From the human T2T-CHM13v2.0 reference genome, Homo sapiens, in NCBI RefSeq assembly GCF_009914755.1, contig NC_060925.1: DNA of 64,000 nucleotides, one strand, 5' to 3'. Each line of letters begins with the position of its first letter. The stretch's first letter is position 1. Of the stretch, positions 30,316 to 47,737 are shown piece after piece. The notes under the pieces were generated by a model. The model made no database searches. It saw nothing but the letters and a program-made list of their open reading frames with translations, and had not been told where the DNA came from. Both the position numbers and the translations under genes were made by a program.

Positions 30316-33300
30316 AATATAAAAGAATAAGTGACATACACATAGGAAACATATGAGTCAGTCCAATGTGTGTGCCAGTTTTAAATAGACAGAGCTTCCT
30401 GGGTGTATTTCTAAAAAGAGGAACTTTGAAAAAAAATTCAGTCATTTTTCTACCTTATCTTTAATTACTATTCTTTTTTCTATTGTTTTATTTTAATGGC
30501 CATTAATGATGACTCAGTAAGCTGGTGATAAATTTGTTCTTGGATGTTTTCTCTACTTTTTTGTTATGCATATATCAAAGTTTTTGGCTTGATTTCACTC
30601 CTCTTAAGTAAAGGGGACTTTTATTCCTCTAATTACCTTCGAATTACCAGGAATGCACTGCATTCCTGACTCCCTGGATGTAGCCCTCCACCCACCTCAG
30701 CCGTTTGCCTATCAGGCGCTACTTGAAGGTTTGGCTTCTAGAACCCCTACTAGATTTAGCAATGAAAGCAGCATAAATTCCTAAGCCTACCGTCAAGTGT
30801 GAATCCTCTACTTCAGAACAGATATATCATCCTGGCCCCAAAAAGAAACAGACCAAATAATATTTCCAATATTGTAATAAATTCATCCACTCCAAGTATT
30901 GTGTTGTATTTACTCACCAGGCAGAGCAGGAAAAAAAATGTTTTTGTCATTGATAACCAAAGTATCGTAAGAAAACATTAATTTCACTTAAAAAAAAAAG
31001 ACATGGAAACTGTAGGCTACCATTACGGATGCCCTTATGATATAGCTTATAAATACAATATTCTGTTAAGAATGTAATTGCTAGAGACATTGCTCCATGA
31101 AAGATGTGAGGTTGTTTACAAGAAAAAAATGTCATGTCCTTGTTCGAGAGTTGTTTTGGATGACTACTTATCAGGGTTTAAAAATATAAAGGCAAATAAA
31201 GATTGGTCTTTCTACTTGAGGTCAGTAGTTCACTGATTTTTGTCAAGAAAAAGAGTTTATTAGATTTCCTTTTACACTATCAGACAGCTTCTCATTTTTT
31301 ATGTGATAGACTATGTAATTGTTTTTCACAGTGGTATGTTATCTATCTCTGTATATACACACATACACATACACATATATATTTACCCTCTGACACTGCA
31401 TTTACTGTGGAAGTGTACCAAAAATCTATTTAAGATGCAAACATCAAAGAGGAAGGGGAAAAGGAGTCCTATTGCCACTCTGTGTAGATATCTGTGAAAG
31501 TCGCCTAAAGACCAATTGATCAAATACAAAAATCATCACAACTGCTAAAGGCTGCCAACATAATCATTTAAAGCAATGCAAAAGTAGATGCTGAAAAACG
31601 TGGGTTACCAAAGCATTCTTTACCTCTGGCTCCCCACTCTGTGCTGTATCATATTCTTGCAAGTCTCATTGGGATGCTTGGTAAACACACTTCACCTTTC
31701 TTTCTTAGTTTCAGGGTAGAAAGGGTCCCTTTAACTCCTGAAGACAGTAAATCACAGTCTGTGTGGTGGTTCTCAGAAGACACTTAAAGGACTGAACTGG
31801 ATGCTCTACATAGCACCCTTGCCAAAAGGGTTCGGAAATGACTTCCAGCTTCCCACAGTAATAAAATGGCACTGTTTGGCATCTTCGAGGTAATAAAAGT
31901 GAATTTTTTCCATTCTAGTAAATGAGAAGAGAGGCCTGGTTGTTTTAAAAACTGATTTAAATTCGTGTGTTTTCCTCACATTATAGAGCGTGATATGAGC
32001 ACACTTAGGTGAACTTCAGACCATCTCAGAACATTACTATCAGCAGCTCTCTGGGGCAGAACAGGATGTGCTGGTGGGTGGTGCAAGGGAGGCTGGAAGG
32101 ATGGCCAGGTGCCCTGGACACTGCCGCCGTGATACGATAGGTGGCGCTCTCCCCTCTGAGTCCATGTGAACGATCTCCGAACGTGCTCTTTGGAGGATAT
32201 TACTTTGCTTGAAGGAAATGTCTTGGACGTTCATCAGTGTTTCTGGCACTGTTTAACAGCTGCTGAGTCTCATAGCAGACTCTGGCTGTATTTTGGTGAT
32301 GGGAAAAGCTTTAGAAAACAGATTTCCTGTCTTTAAGGAGGAGGCTTATGTTAGGCATTATTGTCATTTGTATACAAGACTTTTTATAATTCGATTTCAC
32401 TCTCCTCCCAGTTGCAAAGGAAAATCTTTTGTCATTCCTGTTTGACTCATAGGGTCTAGGAAGAAGTTTGATCATCTTCCGTTTCCCATCTGGTTATTCA
32501 TAAGACACCTGCATCTCTGTGATTTCTCCTAGACTACACAATGCTACCAACTGACAACAGACGTTGTGTAAAGAAAGGCCACCTTTCAGAAAAGGAACCT
32601 GAACATTAAAAGCTTGTCAACCAAACACAAGGGATATAGCTTTTATTCCTTATTTCAACTGCACCAGAAGTGGAAATTATAACTCTTTTAAGCAGAAAAG
32701 ACAAGATTGACACTTTTTACATAGAATCCAACCCACATTTGTCTTTGTTTATATGTTGCAATTAAAAGGCTATTATAAACAAATTAGTAGTATCACGGAA
32801 GAATTTTGAATGACTTGCTGATGTCAACTACTGCCAAATACCCTTATCTACTCACCACATTCTTAATTAAGAAACACCAGTGTGTGTGTGTCTTTGTTAA
32901 AATTACTCAATAGTGGCCTCAGTAGTTACAGACTAGTCCATTAATTTATTAAAGAAGTTCAAAAGATTATTACAAAAGAAGCAGGATGTAGACACACCCA
33001 GTTTAATAATAGTGGGGAAGAGAGGGGTCCCTAAAAAAAGATACGATAAGAGGAAAGGGAGATATCACTGCAGTTCATAATGATGGTTGGTAAAGAGTTG
33101 AGTACATGCTTTTAAGTTTGGACAGCTCGGTTCAACAAAGTAAGAATTAGCTGTAAATGCTAATGTCTTTGGCTTACAAATACTCCCTGCGAGTATGACC
33201 CAAATCAGAGCATCTGACTTCAGTGGGTGACCATCTGCGATAAAAAGGAGAATGTTTCCTTCTGGGCTAGTCCTGAAATACTAATAGAGGCAGCATTCCT

Positions 33301-33333
33301 GCACATACTAGGAAATCAATAAACACCTGCTGA

Positions 33334-33689
<356 letters not shown>

Positions 33690-33856
33690 GGTCTCCTTTT
33701 CCTTATTGCTAAAACAGAAGTAATGTTACTTTCAGCAAATTTGTAAGGGTGAAAACAGTTACATTCTTGATCTTTAAAGTGCAATATATTTATCCCCCAT
33801 ATTTCTTTTTTTAAATATAGAAACTGTACTGTATATACCCTGAACAACCTTCTTGC

Positions 33857-33891
<35 letters not shown>

Positions 33892-34444
33892 CACAAAATT
33901 TAATGGCCAGCACATTCATCTCTACCTCTTACATTAACAGAGACTTGCTAAAGAGTTTTTATGGTTATACTTCAGCTTGTTCCCTGCGTGCTACCTCCTC
34001 TGTAACTTGACTTTAAATTATCTGTTTATCTTCTCATATTCCAAATATTATTGAATACATGTAGTAGATTAAATAATCAGTTTCCTTTGAATATCTTTAG
34101 CTGTGATTTCCTATTTTAACGTTCACATTTTGCATCCAAATGGTATTTGTCTTCATATAATTGATAAAATTCCATTTATTCATTCATCTAACATATATAT
34201 TGGTTGAATGTCTATCATGTATAAGATAACCTACTACATGTAGAAATTCACCAGAAAATACTCAACTTCTCTTCATTCCACAAATTCAGAGTTCCCTAAT
34301 ACTACGGGTTTACTTTAATTTGGTCAGTGGTGCCAAGTAGTCATATAGGTGAAATAGTTCCTTTAGAAGAGTGGTACTGAAAGTTGTCCATTCTTAAGAA
34401 GCATCTTTGATTATGTATGTAGTAAAACAGGTTCTGAAATTAAT

Positions 34445-34563
34445 TATCTTAGAATTGGGCTCAGTAGACCTGGCATAGATCCCAAGAATTTACAGCATTT
34501 CTAACAAGTTTCCCAGGTAATTCTCAGGCACGTAGTTCTCAGAACGTGCTTAAGAATTACTGC
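34445..34563. mobile_element. MER5-like hAT-Charlie DNA transposon fragment
   Basis: cccaagaatttacagcatttctaacaagtttcccaggtaattct...ttaagaattactg resembles the MER5A/B end. Confidence 0.55.
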
Positions 34564-36011
34564 CTTAAAATTTAAAGAAAATTTTATTTTCATGCCATGC
34601 TATATTCTATGTACAAAAAGCATCTTCCTTTACTTTATTATTTTTCTATAAAATACAATTTAAATTTTCCCGAATTACGTTTTATAATTACAACAAAATC
34701 TGTTGCGACCCATGCAGACTACTACACAATTCTTTATCCCTTTAAATGGAGTAGAAATAAATGAAGAATGCTAAACATGATTTCTTTAAAAACTCACATT
34801 TTAATCATAAGAAAAATACTTTAATTGCTATTATGTGACTCTAAATTGGTAAATCATTATAATGATAATTTATAATTTTGGTTCATTAACTTTACAAAAT
34901 ATTATTCAAAAGTTCCTGCAAGGTGCTTTTTCTTTAATACTTTATTTTATAATTTTTCCTTCAAAATATTTTATTAGATCACAATGAGTTTTTCATGATT
35001 TTAGAGAATAGTAAGATAAGTGATGTTTTCCTTCTTATATTAGTAATACTTTACTTCTACCTTTTTGGAATGGATTATTTCTCTGTACAAGTCCTTTCAG
35101 CAATATGGCACCATGTCATAGGTGGTGAACACAGTGACATTATTTAAGGTCAGGGTACAGAGAAAATATATTACTAGGCTCTACTTGTTGTATTAGGGTC
35201 CACCTTTCTTTCACAGAAACATTGGCTTGTTATTTCATAATTTCAGTTCGAAACTCGGTTTTCTTGCTTCTAAGGTTGGTAGGTCATTTCTTTAACAAGA
35301 TTTGATATATTTCTAATCTTTTCTAATTTGAATATTATCATAGTGTGATCTGGTGATTTTTAAAAAATATGTCAGTAGTGCCCAAGCTGCATTAGGAGAT
35401 TTCAGCTGATATTAAATTAACCCCAACCACCACCTCCAGTCAAATGTGGCACCCATGCATGACAATATCACACCCACTTTTACTGTATTTCTTCTTTTTT
35501 TAAAAAAATGTATTTTAAGGGGCTCACTTGAAAATAACTCATAATGACAGGCAATTGTGAAATGTTCAGTTTCATTGAGTGCTCTAACCACATTCACCTG
35601 AATAACCCAGCTCTCTAAAGGCTGAAATCTATTCTAGCTAATTTGAATACATAGTGTCCAATGGTAACTACCAATGTATGCTAGGTCTCATCAAAATGGA
35701 ATGAACCAGAATATCTGCACACTCAAAACAAACAAACAAAAAGGAATAGATGTTTATTTTTAAAGTTTTAAAAGGCTAAAAAAATCGCAACACTATTTTA
35801 AAATATACACACTTCCACATGATAATATGCCCTTGAGCCTGGAAATCATTATAATAAAATTTTGTGGCAAAAACCCTCCACTTTTCTGTGGTGGCATTTC
35901 TGCCATGTTTCCAATTAGAACTCCTATAAATTTTGAAATTGAACAAACAGGAAAATAGAAATCTCACCTATCTGTATTCAGACCTAAAAAATGAATTTAA
36001 ATAAGATTCCA

Positions 36012-36447
<436 letters not shown>

Positions 36448-36660
36448 TCATGATTATTTTGACACAATTCTCTATACTGAGGTATCCATTTCCTCACTGG
36501 AGTTCTGAGAGATGCTACAAAGTTGAAAGGGTTTTTCCACAAATGATGAGGAGGCTAAGAATCCAGGAATGCAATGCACTAGACTGGTTGCAGACCAAGC
36601 AGCAGAACTAAAGCTCAAAAGTAGGTGAAGGAACTTTCTATCAATAACTGGCAAAAATAA

Positions 36661-37079
<419 letters not shown>

Positions 37080-39578
37080 TAATTATAAATATTATGCAAA
37101 TAACTACTTATTTGCCAAATGACAAATCCAAAATACCAAGCATCATCAAACTTTGGAAAATGCATAAATATCTCTAGGACAGTATTTTCAAATGATGCAT
37201 AGAGGTAAATACGCATGCTTTTGTACTATGGACAACGCTTCAGAAAATGGATCTTTAAATCAGAAAATTCCTTGAGGAGAAGTCTGACCCTGGCTTTGAG
37301 AATCACAAATGCTGTAGTGCAGGATAGGAGACCCACATAGTGGTTTTAGTCCATCTAATCCCATCAGACTGAACACCTCTAAGTATGTTTCTCCCAGTGA
37401 AAACGTCTGGTCTAACTGCCTTCTCTGTCTTTTAGGAATATATTATTAGAAAAGAAAAACATTTTTGGCCTACTGTAATCAGTCAAAGGATTAGATATAA
37501 TTATAACTAGGCAACAGTTGTTGTCCAGCAAGCTTGTAATTGTAATGAAAGTTGATAATCTTTCTTTTCCTTGCAAATCCTAATTTACAGATGTTAGAAA
37601 TTTAATCAAAAAAAGGAAAATCAGAAAAAAATAGAGGCAACCTAACCTGTAATCTACTTTTCAATCCCTCATCAGTAATGCCAAAGTGAAAATAGATTAT
37701 TGAACTAGGAAAGGATTTTGATAAGCAAAATTGCCTTTAAAGCATTCTATTTGATAACATTAATATCACAATTCTCATCAGCATATTGGATACTATCCTC
37801 CCTCCAAAGGACTTCAATCTCATTTGATGTCTGTCTTTTACACTTTAGTTTTCTGAAAGGCTTGTTTTTGTTTTAAGTAGTTCATCTATTCATCCATCTA
37901 TCTAAATATCTTCTAAAACTAGAGCAAAAAAGCCTTTACAAATACCTTACCAGAAAGCTCCCACAATAATGAAAGCAAATAGAAATTATAAGAAAATAAG
38001 TTTATCTTTCATGTTTGAAACCAGGAACACTTCTTCCCTTTGAATTGATTTCAGCTCAGCATGATTTTTCATACGTTTTCTGAGTTTTCTCAGGATTCTT
38101 TTGATAATGAGTAAAGAGCATTGTTTTGTCCTTCAAAGTTGCAGAGTGATGTTAACACAAGGAGTTTTGTTTTGAAAATCTTTATCTGGCATAATTATAC
38201 ATTCTGCCCAGTACTCTATTGATGGGAAGTAAACTGTTTCTCTCCTTCAGTTGTCGTGCTTAGGGTCTAAAGGCCAGATGGGTCCAGTAGCTGAAGCTAC
38301 AAAAGAAGCTCTCCTAGGTCGTCGGTGGGAAGTTCAATATTATTCCCTCCCTAATAGCAGCTGCTTCTGTTTGAACTCAGGGTTATGAAAGATGAACTAC
38401 ATTAAATGGTAAATCATTAAATATCAGCTGAGTAAAAGCACTGTGGTGTATTTCCCTGCTTAAATCACCAGCATCTGTCTTCTCACATGCAAAGAGTTGC
38501 TCTTAACCATCATGCAGTGAAACCCTGACAGAAGGGCCAAGACTGAAACCACACAAAAAACCTCAAATAGCAACTTTTGGGTTTTCAGTTGGCAAGTAAA
38601 TGATCATCAGCAAATATTCCACAGTGGAACTAAAGCTCAACATTGCATTTAACAGAGCCATAAAATATTTAGGAATGCACAATCCCTTTAGAGCCTCATT
38701 TTTTTCTCCTATTACGTGTTTATTTAGAAGAAGAAGAAAAACAACTGTTTAAATTATGTCCACCTAATACCTTAGGTTTATTGCAAAGCCTACAATTTGC
38801 TGGGTTTGTTTTACTATTGATCCTCATCTTACTTATGGAGGATGTGAACATCATAACTAGAGATAAAGCTCATACTGATTCAAAACTAAAATTGTACAAT
38901 AATGGATGCCTAAGGTAGTGTTTCAAGACTGCTACAAAAATTAGACCCTTTCATCGACTTGCATTAGGCAGCAGAATAATCTCAAGTGGCAATGATAGCT
39001 ATAAAATCCCTCTCCCTACATGGCTTAGATTTATAGTAGAATACTCATAACTGCAAGCAGTTACCATGAGACAATGGTCTTTCTTTACCTTTATACTGCA
39101 TGTGCTTTCAAGGTGCTTTGCTCCTCTGTGGATCTGTCTTGCCCACGCGAGTATTTGAGCTATCATGACAGTGTCATATTAGATGCCACTATCATGGCAA
39201 GATACTGAAGGTAACCACACAACATCTCAACTAAATATTCTTTTTTTTTTTGCCTCCCCAGAATATATAGCCCTGTGATAAAAAAGCAAATGGAAATCTA
39301 GAATTCACTTTTAGGTTTCCAATTAGTTGCCTCTTTTTGGCATACAACAGACTGCATTCAAAATTTGGGAAGAAAACAGGGTTTAATTGCATAGATTATG
39401 TTCTACCAATCATTTTTATGGCATGCTTATTTTGAAAATGTATCCTGTCATGTCATTCCCACACTCATCTCAGCTGGGAACATACTACCTCTATATACCA
39501 TTGAAAGAGGATATATAAAATTTTCTTAATAGTATTACTTACAGACTTATTTTATTCAACACTTGAATTTTCTTTTAA

Positions 39579-40112
<534 letters not shown>

Positions 40113-40229
40113 TAGTGCCTATATACAGTATAACATTACAGAAAACTATATGCACAAAGTCATACTATTGTTTAGGGAAGAAATAATTATACTCTTTTAA
40201 GAAATTATAAGAGTCTGGAAGACCATCTT

Positions 40230-40410
40230 ATTGTTTGACTTTGGGCAAATTATCAGCTGTACCACCATTTTCTCATCAATATACTGAAAATAATAATACC
40301 TGTCTTACATATGTGTGAGAATCAAATCAAATCAAATAATACATGCAAAGTACTTATCATAATGCCTGGAATATATTAAAGCTTTTAGAATAAGCAAAAT
40401 GTTTGCTTTT
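40230..40410 (+). mobile_element. MIR SINE fragment
   Basis: tgactttgggcaaatta...ttttctcatcaata...aataataatacctgtcttaca...taacatgcaaagtactta...atgcctgg. Confidence 0.6.
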
Positions 40411-43008
40411 GTCCCAAAACATACACAATGTATTTCAAATCTATGCTGTGTTGTGTTTCATGTTTCCTACAGCCTCCACACTGTTCCCTGCCCCTTTATG
40501 CATTTACTAAAAAGGCTCCTTTTGCAGCTACTCATCCCATGTGTTTTATCCACTGGAAATCTTTCAGAGACCAACCATTGAGACCAACTTGCAAATATAT
40601 TAACAGAAAACATATATAGCATGTGGTTACCTCTTTGGGGACATGACAAACAGAAAATGTCAGTGTGTCATGTTTTAGAAGAAATATAAATCTTCATGAA
40701 CTGCAGGACACAGTTTTGCTAACACGAGAAAGGAAAGATAACAATTTTGACAAAATTAAACTTAACCCTATGGGATATGGTTATCCCCATGTTACCTGCT
40801 TTTAGGATTATATAGGACTGTACTCATATTCAGGTCAAACTAAAGATAGCCAAATATCATTTAGGGGCATTAGAGGGTGAATGGAGCTGGCAGGCAGGCA
40901 TGCCCAGGACACTTTCTAGAACACAGATGCAGGACCTATACCTACTATTCAATGCTGTCTTGTCATTGTATTAAAATACACACATCGCGACGGCCCAGAA
41001 TGTTCACTGGTTAAGTGAGGCCCTAAAACTTGAAAGGATCTGTGTAACTGAGAGGAAGAAAAACAAGTCAGTCATGGGGACTCTATAACTCAGATTCTGA
41101 ATACTGAATAATAATCTAGCATAATTATTATACAATATTGTTCAGCCCATTTTTCGACATCGTTGTCAATCTGTTTACTCTTATTTTCTTATTTCCCTAA
41201 TAATGTTATACACATATATGTACTGTATAAATAATGAAGATAGAAGCTTCAGTGTTTCATGTTAAAATGTTAACTGACATGTAAAAAGGAACCACGTAAT
41301 TAATCCTTGCACCACTAAGATGAATTTCATCACAGACAACATCATTCAACAACCCATGTCATTACTGAAGCAAAGGTTAAATTGCTCTTTTTAAAAAATA
41401 TAAAGCCAAGCTTTAAAGAGATTTACAAAAAAATGAAAGAACTGACCAATCTTGCTCACTCTCATCCTGAAGAAAAAGTGTTCAATCTACCAACGTATCA
41501 GGCTTTCTATATAGTTGGTTGTTCTTATCTATAATAGTTAAGAAGCTACAAATGACAATATATTTTAGCATTATATCGCACACTTCATTTCATAAGGACA
41601 CTTCAATTTCTCTTCATTTCTGGAGTAAGATTAATTTTGTCACTGAACATTCCAGGCCCAAGTTGCTTGAAAGGAGTCAGTGACACACCAACGTTTATGG
41701 AAATCCTGAGCTCCAATGTCAGAGAGCATCCCAAAAAGGATGATGCATCACTCTGCAACTGCCATCTGTTGAGTGTTTTCCCGACAGCTGTATCTGTTGA
41801 CCATCACCAGTGCAGATAATCACAGGAGGCACGAAGGAAGTGCACAGCCGTCAGACACAGAGGAAAATTCCATGTTCGTCTGTAAAACAACATTGCTTTT
41901 AATTGCACCATAATGATTTTCTAACAGACACAATGGTATGTGGTGTAGTCTTAGAGCTGATTTAAAGCACACACTAAACCACAGTGCAGCTGAAAAGCCA
42001 ATTGAGACTTCTTAGTGCCAGGAAGGTTTTTGTCTTGCGTGAATACTTAAGAGCATTTTGCCAGCTACTCTGTCCACAATCCACTTTTACCAAAAATAAC
42101 TGCCTCTATCATTGTGGGCAGTTTTTAAAAGAAAATGAACATTTTTATTTCAAATATCAATGAGGTTAAGCCTTGGCTTTATTTTTAATCTTCATGATAG
42201 ACAATCCTAAGATAAGACCACTTCATCAGGTGGGTGATGGTCCAAAGTCACACTCTCCTGACTTTTTTTAAACCACTTAATGTTTTTATTCTTACCCTCC
42301 AGTGTAAAAGTCTGCCCAGTTACCTTCCAACTTTACCTCTTTCAAAACATTTTCTGACATAGCAGTTGCAAGGGTATTGAGATGGTGGAATTGGCTTGTC
42401 AGACATTGAAAGCCTTGGTTTCTTCGTGGGAGCAATTAATAACACTAGTAGCTACTATTATTTGAAGACCCGCTATGGAGCAGTCCTCTTCTCAGTACTT
42501 TATAAGCTTCACCTTAAAAGATTCCAGTCAAAATGTCACCTTGTGTGAAAGTCTAATACTCTGTTTCTGGGAATTCAGCTGTCAGAATATGATGGATTCA
42601 TCAGCAGAGGCTTTCTAAATCCCCTAGCTCCATTCCATTCTGGAGCATAAAAGAATGAGAGAGAGACAGAGAGAGAATAAAAGAAAGAAATTTCAAAAGA
42701 TCTATACTTTCATCCTTTTCATTTATTTTAATCATTATTATTATTATAGTCAGTATATGTTGACCCTATCACATATATACACACAACACAATCACATACC
42801 CATGCATGTGTACACACACAGGCACTTATATACTCTAAACTCTCATTTTCTTCATTTACTACCAGTTCTCACTTATTTGTGTACCGTCTTGTAGCTAACT
42901 GTTACTACTACTCTGAAGTGTGGCAGCAAGAGCAGATATTAGAAGCAATTAAAAAAAAAAATCTGTGTTAAACGTGCATTAGGTACACTTGGGCTTATAC
43001 TCTACTTT

Positions 43009-43330
43009 TCAGGGGAAAAAATATGTACCAAAATGAACCCCACATGCCTATGCCTGGCTCATGGCAAGTTTCATGGCTGACACTCCTATAACAAAAGACA
43101 CAAATGTTTTTCTCCTACTAGTCTGAATTCAGAAAGCAAGGGACAAGGAAAAAAATTTACCATCCATTCTCCACCAGGCACTACAGGCAGAGATCTGGGA
43201 GAACTGACCTTGGTTAAAAAATATAAATCCTTACTTTTTTGCCGGCTTTTGTCAATTGCTTCAAGATCTCACCTGTGGGCTCTAGAGCAGGTAGGGGGGT
43301 CTGAGTCACCCCATGGTGAGTACCAGAAAC
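43009..43330 (-). mobile_element. ERV1 internal leader remnant with decayed primer-binding site, plus a short second-LTR remnant
   Basis: Minus strand just after the LTR end reads tggtactcaccatggggt (43325-43308), 12/18 identical to the tRNA-Lys(CUU) PBS tggcgcccaacgtggggc with mismatches partly at CpGs; 43072-43100 repeats the LTR motif at 43352-43380. Confidence 0.55.
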
Positions 43331-43409
43331 TATAGGGGAGAAAAAGTAATACATGGCTGACAACCATATAACAAAAGACAGCTTAACAAAAGAAAATACA
43401 AATTTATTT

Positions 43410-43576
43410 ATTTATTTATTTATTTATTTAAGGCAGAAACTTGCCCTGTTGCCCAGGCTGGACTGCACAGATGGAATCATAGCTCACTACAGCCTTGAAC
43501 TCCTGGGCTCAGGTTGTTCTCCCACCTCAGCCTCCCAAGTAGCTGGGACTACAGGCATGCACCACCACACCCAGCC
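43410..43576 (-). mobile_element. Free Alu monomer (FRAM/FAM-like) inserted in the LTR
   Basis: Single right-arm-type monomer with (TTTA)n tail; 12-bp TSD acaaatttattt at 43398-43409 and 43578-43589. Confidence 0.85.
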
Positions 43577-43960
43577 AACAAATTTATTTGACCAAAGTTT
43601 CATGTGGTAGAAAGCCTTCAGAAATGAAGACTCAAAGACCCAAGGAAAACAGCGTATTTTTATGGACAAGTTTGATGAAGAATAGACAGTCATGTAGAAT
43701 TATGGTTGGACAATAGGGTGGTTTGACCTAATGATAAACTGGGCAGAACTTAGCAAAGGGGGTTTGCTTAGATTCTTCTTGGCCTCCAGGTATAGGGCAA
43801 GACACCTGTCATATGAGGGTCTTGTGGCCTATTTACAGGGGAGGTGGGTCAGACAACTTCCCTATAACCATGTTTCAGGGGAGAAAGGGCAGAGAAAGTT
43901 AGAGAGGTCCTTCTTGCTTCTATGGTTTTCTCAATTTCCTTCAGGTTAAAATACTCAGTA

Positions 43961-45892
<1,932 letters not shown>

Positions 45893-45935
45893 AAAACCTC
45901 AGTATGCCAAGAGGCTATATTTTAGGATATCATGT

Positions 45936-46527
45936 TGCAGGTGCAAAAGGAACTTTCCTTCCACTCCCTGAAGGTTCAAGAATTTGAGCCTATAAGACAA
46001 ACTGACAGATTAACAGGAGAAGAGGTGTACACATTTATTAACATGCAAACGCATGGGAGTCATAGCAAGTATGAAACTCAAACAAGGGTCAGATGGTTGA
46101 AGCTTAAAGGCCCCCATTCATAAGAGAGAGGGAAGTGGGGGATGCAGGCAATTTTAGAGGAAGAGTAAAGGATTTTTAGGGGAGGTGAATGGACCTGAGG
46201 AACAGATGATGGCCTGAGGCAAAGTTTGTCTGGACTCTGGGAGAGTGGTGTCAACTCTAGTCTTTTCTGCAAGTTTTTCTGCTCTGTTTGATGAGATTAT
46301 AAGGAGGTGGCCCGAGACAACTACATTTCTTCTGGAGAAACTTCCCTTGGTCAAATGAGAGAACTTCACATAAAGCACCTCTCTGTGCTTCAGGATAGGG
46401 AAAGGGGAGAGAGAGGGACAGTGGGAGAAGGTCAGAGAGACCTTGTTTCTGAGGCTGCTTCTTTATTTCAAGGTACTCAGCATATCAAAATACCATATTT
46501 TAAGGTGTTGTTTTCTGAGCCACCACG
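45936..46527 (-). mobile_element. Second ERV1 solo LTR (MER34/MER39-like) nested in the first
   Basis: 592 bp from tgcagg to ttttctgagccaccacg, flanked by 4-bp TSD atgt (45932-45935, 46528-46531); same terminal motif family as the host LTR. Confidence 0.8.
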
Positions 46528-47395
46528 ATGTTCTGAGCCCCGATGCCTAGAAGTAGTGCTTTTTCAGGAAGAAGTCTGAACCACCTATTCACATTCCCAT
46601 ATAGCATAAGAAATTTGAAATTCTCACTTTTGAAACCTACTATCTATATTTGTGAACTACCCATGAGGCATTTCAAAAGCAGCTTTTTTTTTTTTACAAT
46701 GACCCACTCTTGTTAGTAGTAAGATTTGTTTGTGAACTTGACTTCCTAGTTTTCCCACTTCCTGGTTAATAATTATGAGAGGTAACAGTTCATTGTGCAG
46801 TTACCTAGAGGCTACTGTTACCTTTTTTTTTAACTTAAATATCCAAGATACTTGTACTCTAAGAGCAGGTGAACATTCTCATACACGATTCATGCAGTGT
46901 AAAAGAGCCACAGGCTAAAAAGCAATGCCTAATCTCTAATTAGCTAATTTGAGCGAGGGAGGAGGAGGGTCTATATTCCTGAACAGCCTGCCTATGTTTT
47001 AAGAATATTTCGTATTCCTAAATCAAGCAGGCACGATTCAGCCCACTAGCCATTGGTTGCCTGTCCTAAGAAACATGAGTCTCCTGATATTTCAAATTGG
47101 TTGCAGTAAAGAATGCTCAAACCAAATGCCTGCTTCCTTCGGTTCTGCCCTGAAGGAATGCTGCTAGCAGCTCTTCAATCTCTTTCTTAAAACAATGGTT
47201 TCCATATACCAAACAGTGCAGGCTCTGTGGACATTTTCTCTTGTCCACAATAAAAGAAGAAAAATAAGCAGTCTGAAATGATACACATATATAAATGGAA
47301 CAAATCTGTAGTGAGAGCCTTCCATATGCCAGGCAACGTTTCGGGTAATGGAGGAAAGGAGGTGAAGAAAAGATGGGAAGCCCATGACCTCATGA

Positions 47396-47737
<342 letters not shown>

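Noticed and set aside
32040-32249. 69-aa minus-strand ORF in the GC-richer patch
   Set aside because: No recognisable homology or convincing splice sites; kept only as a regulatory candidate
40960-41640. Possible DNA transposon remnant
   Set aside because: No terminal repeats or TSD that I could identify
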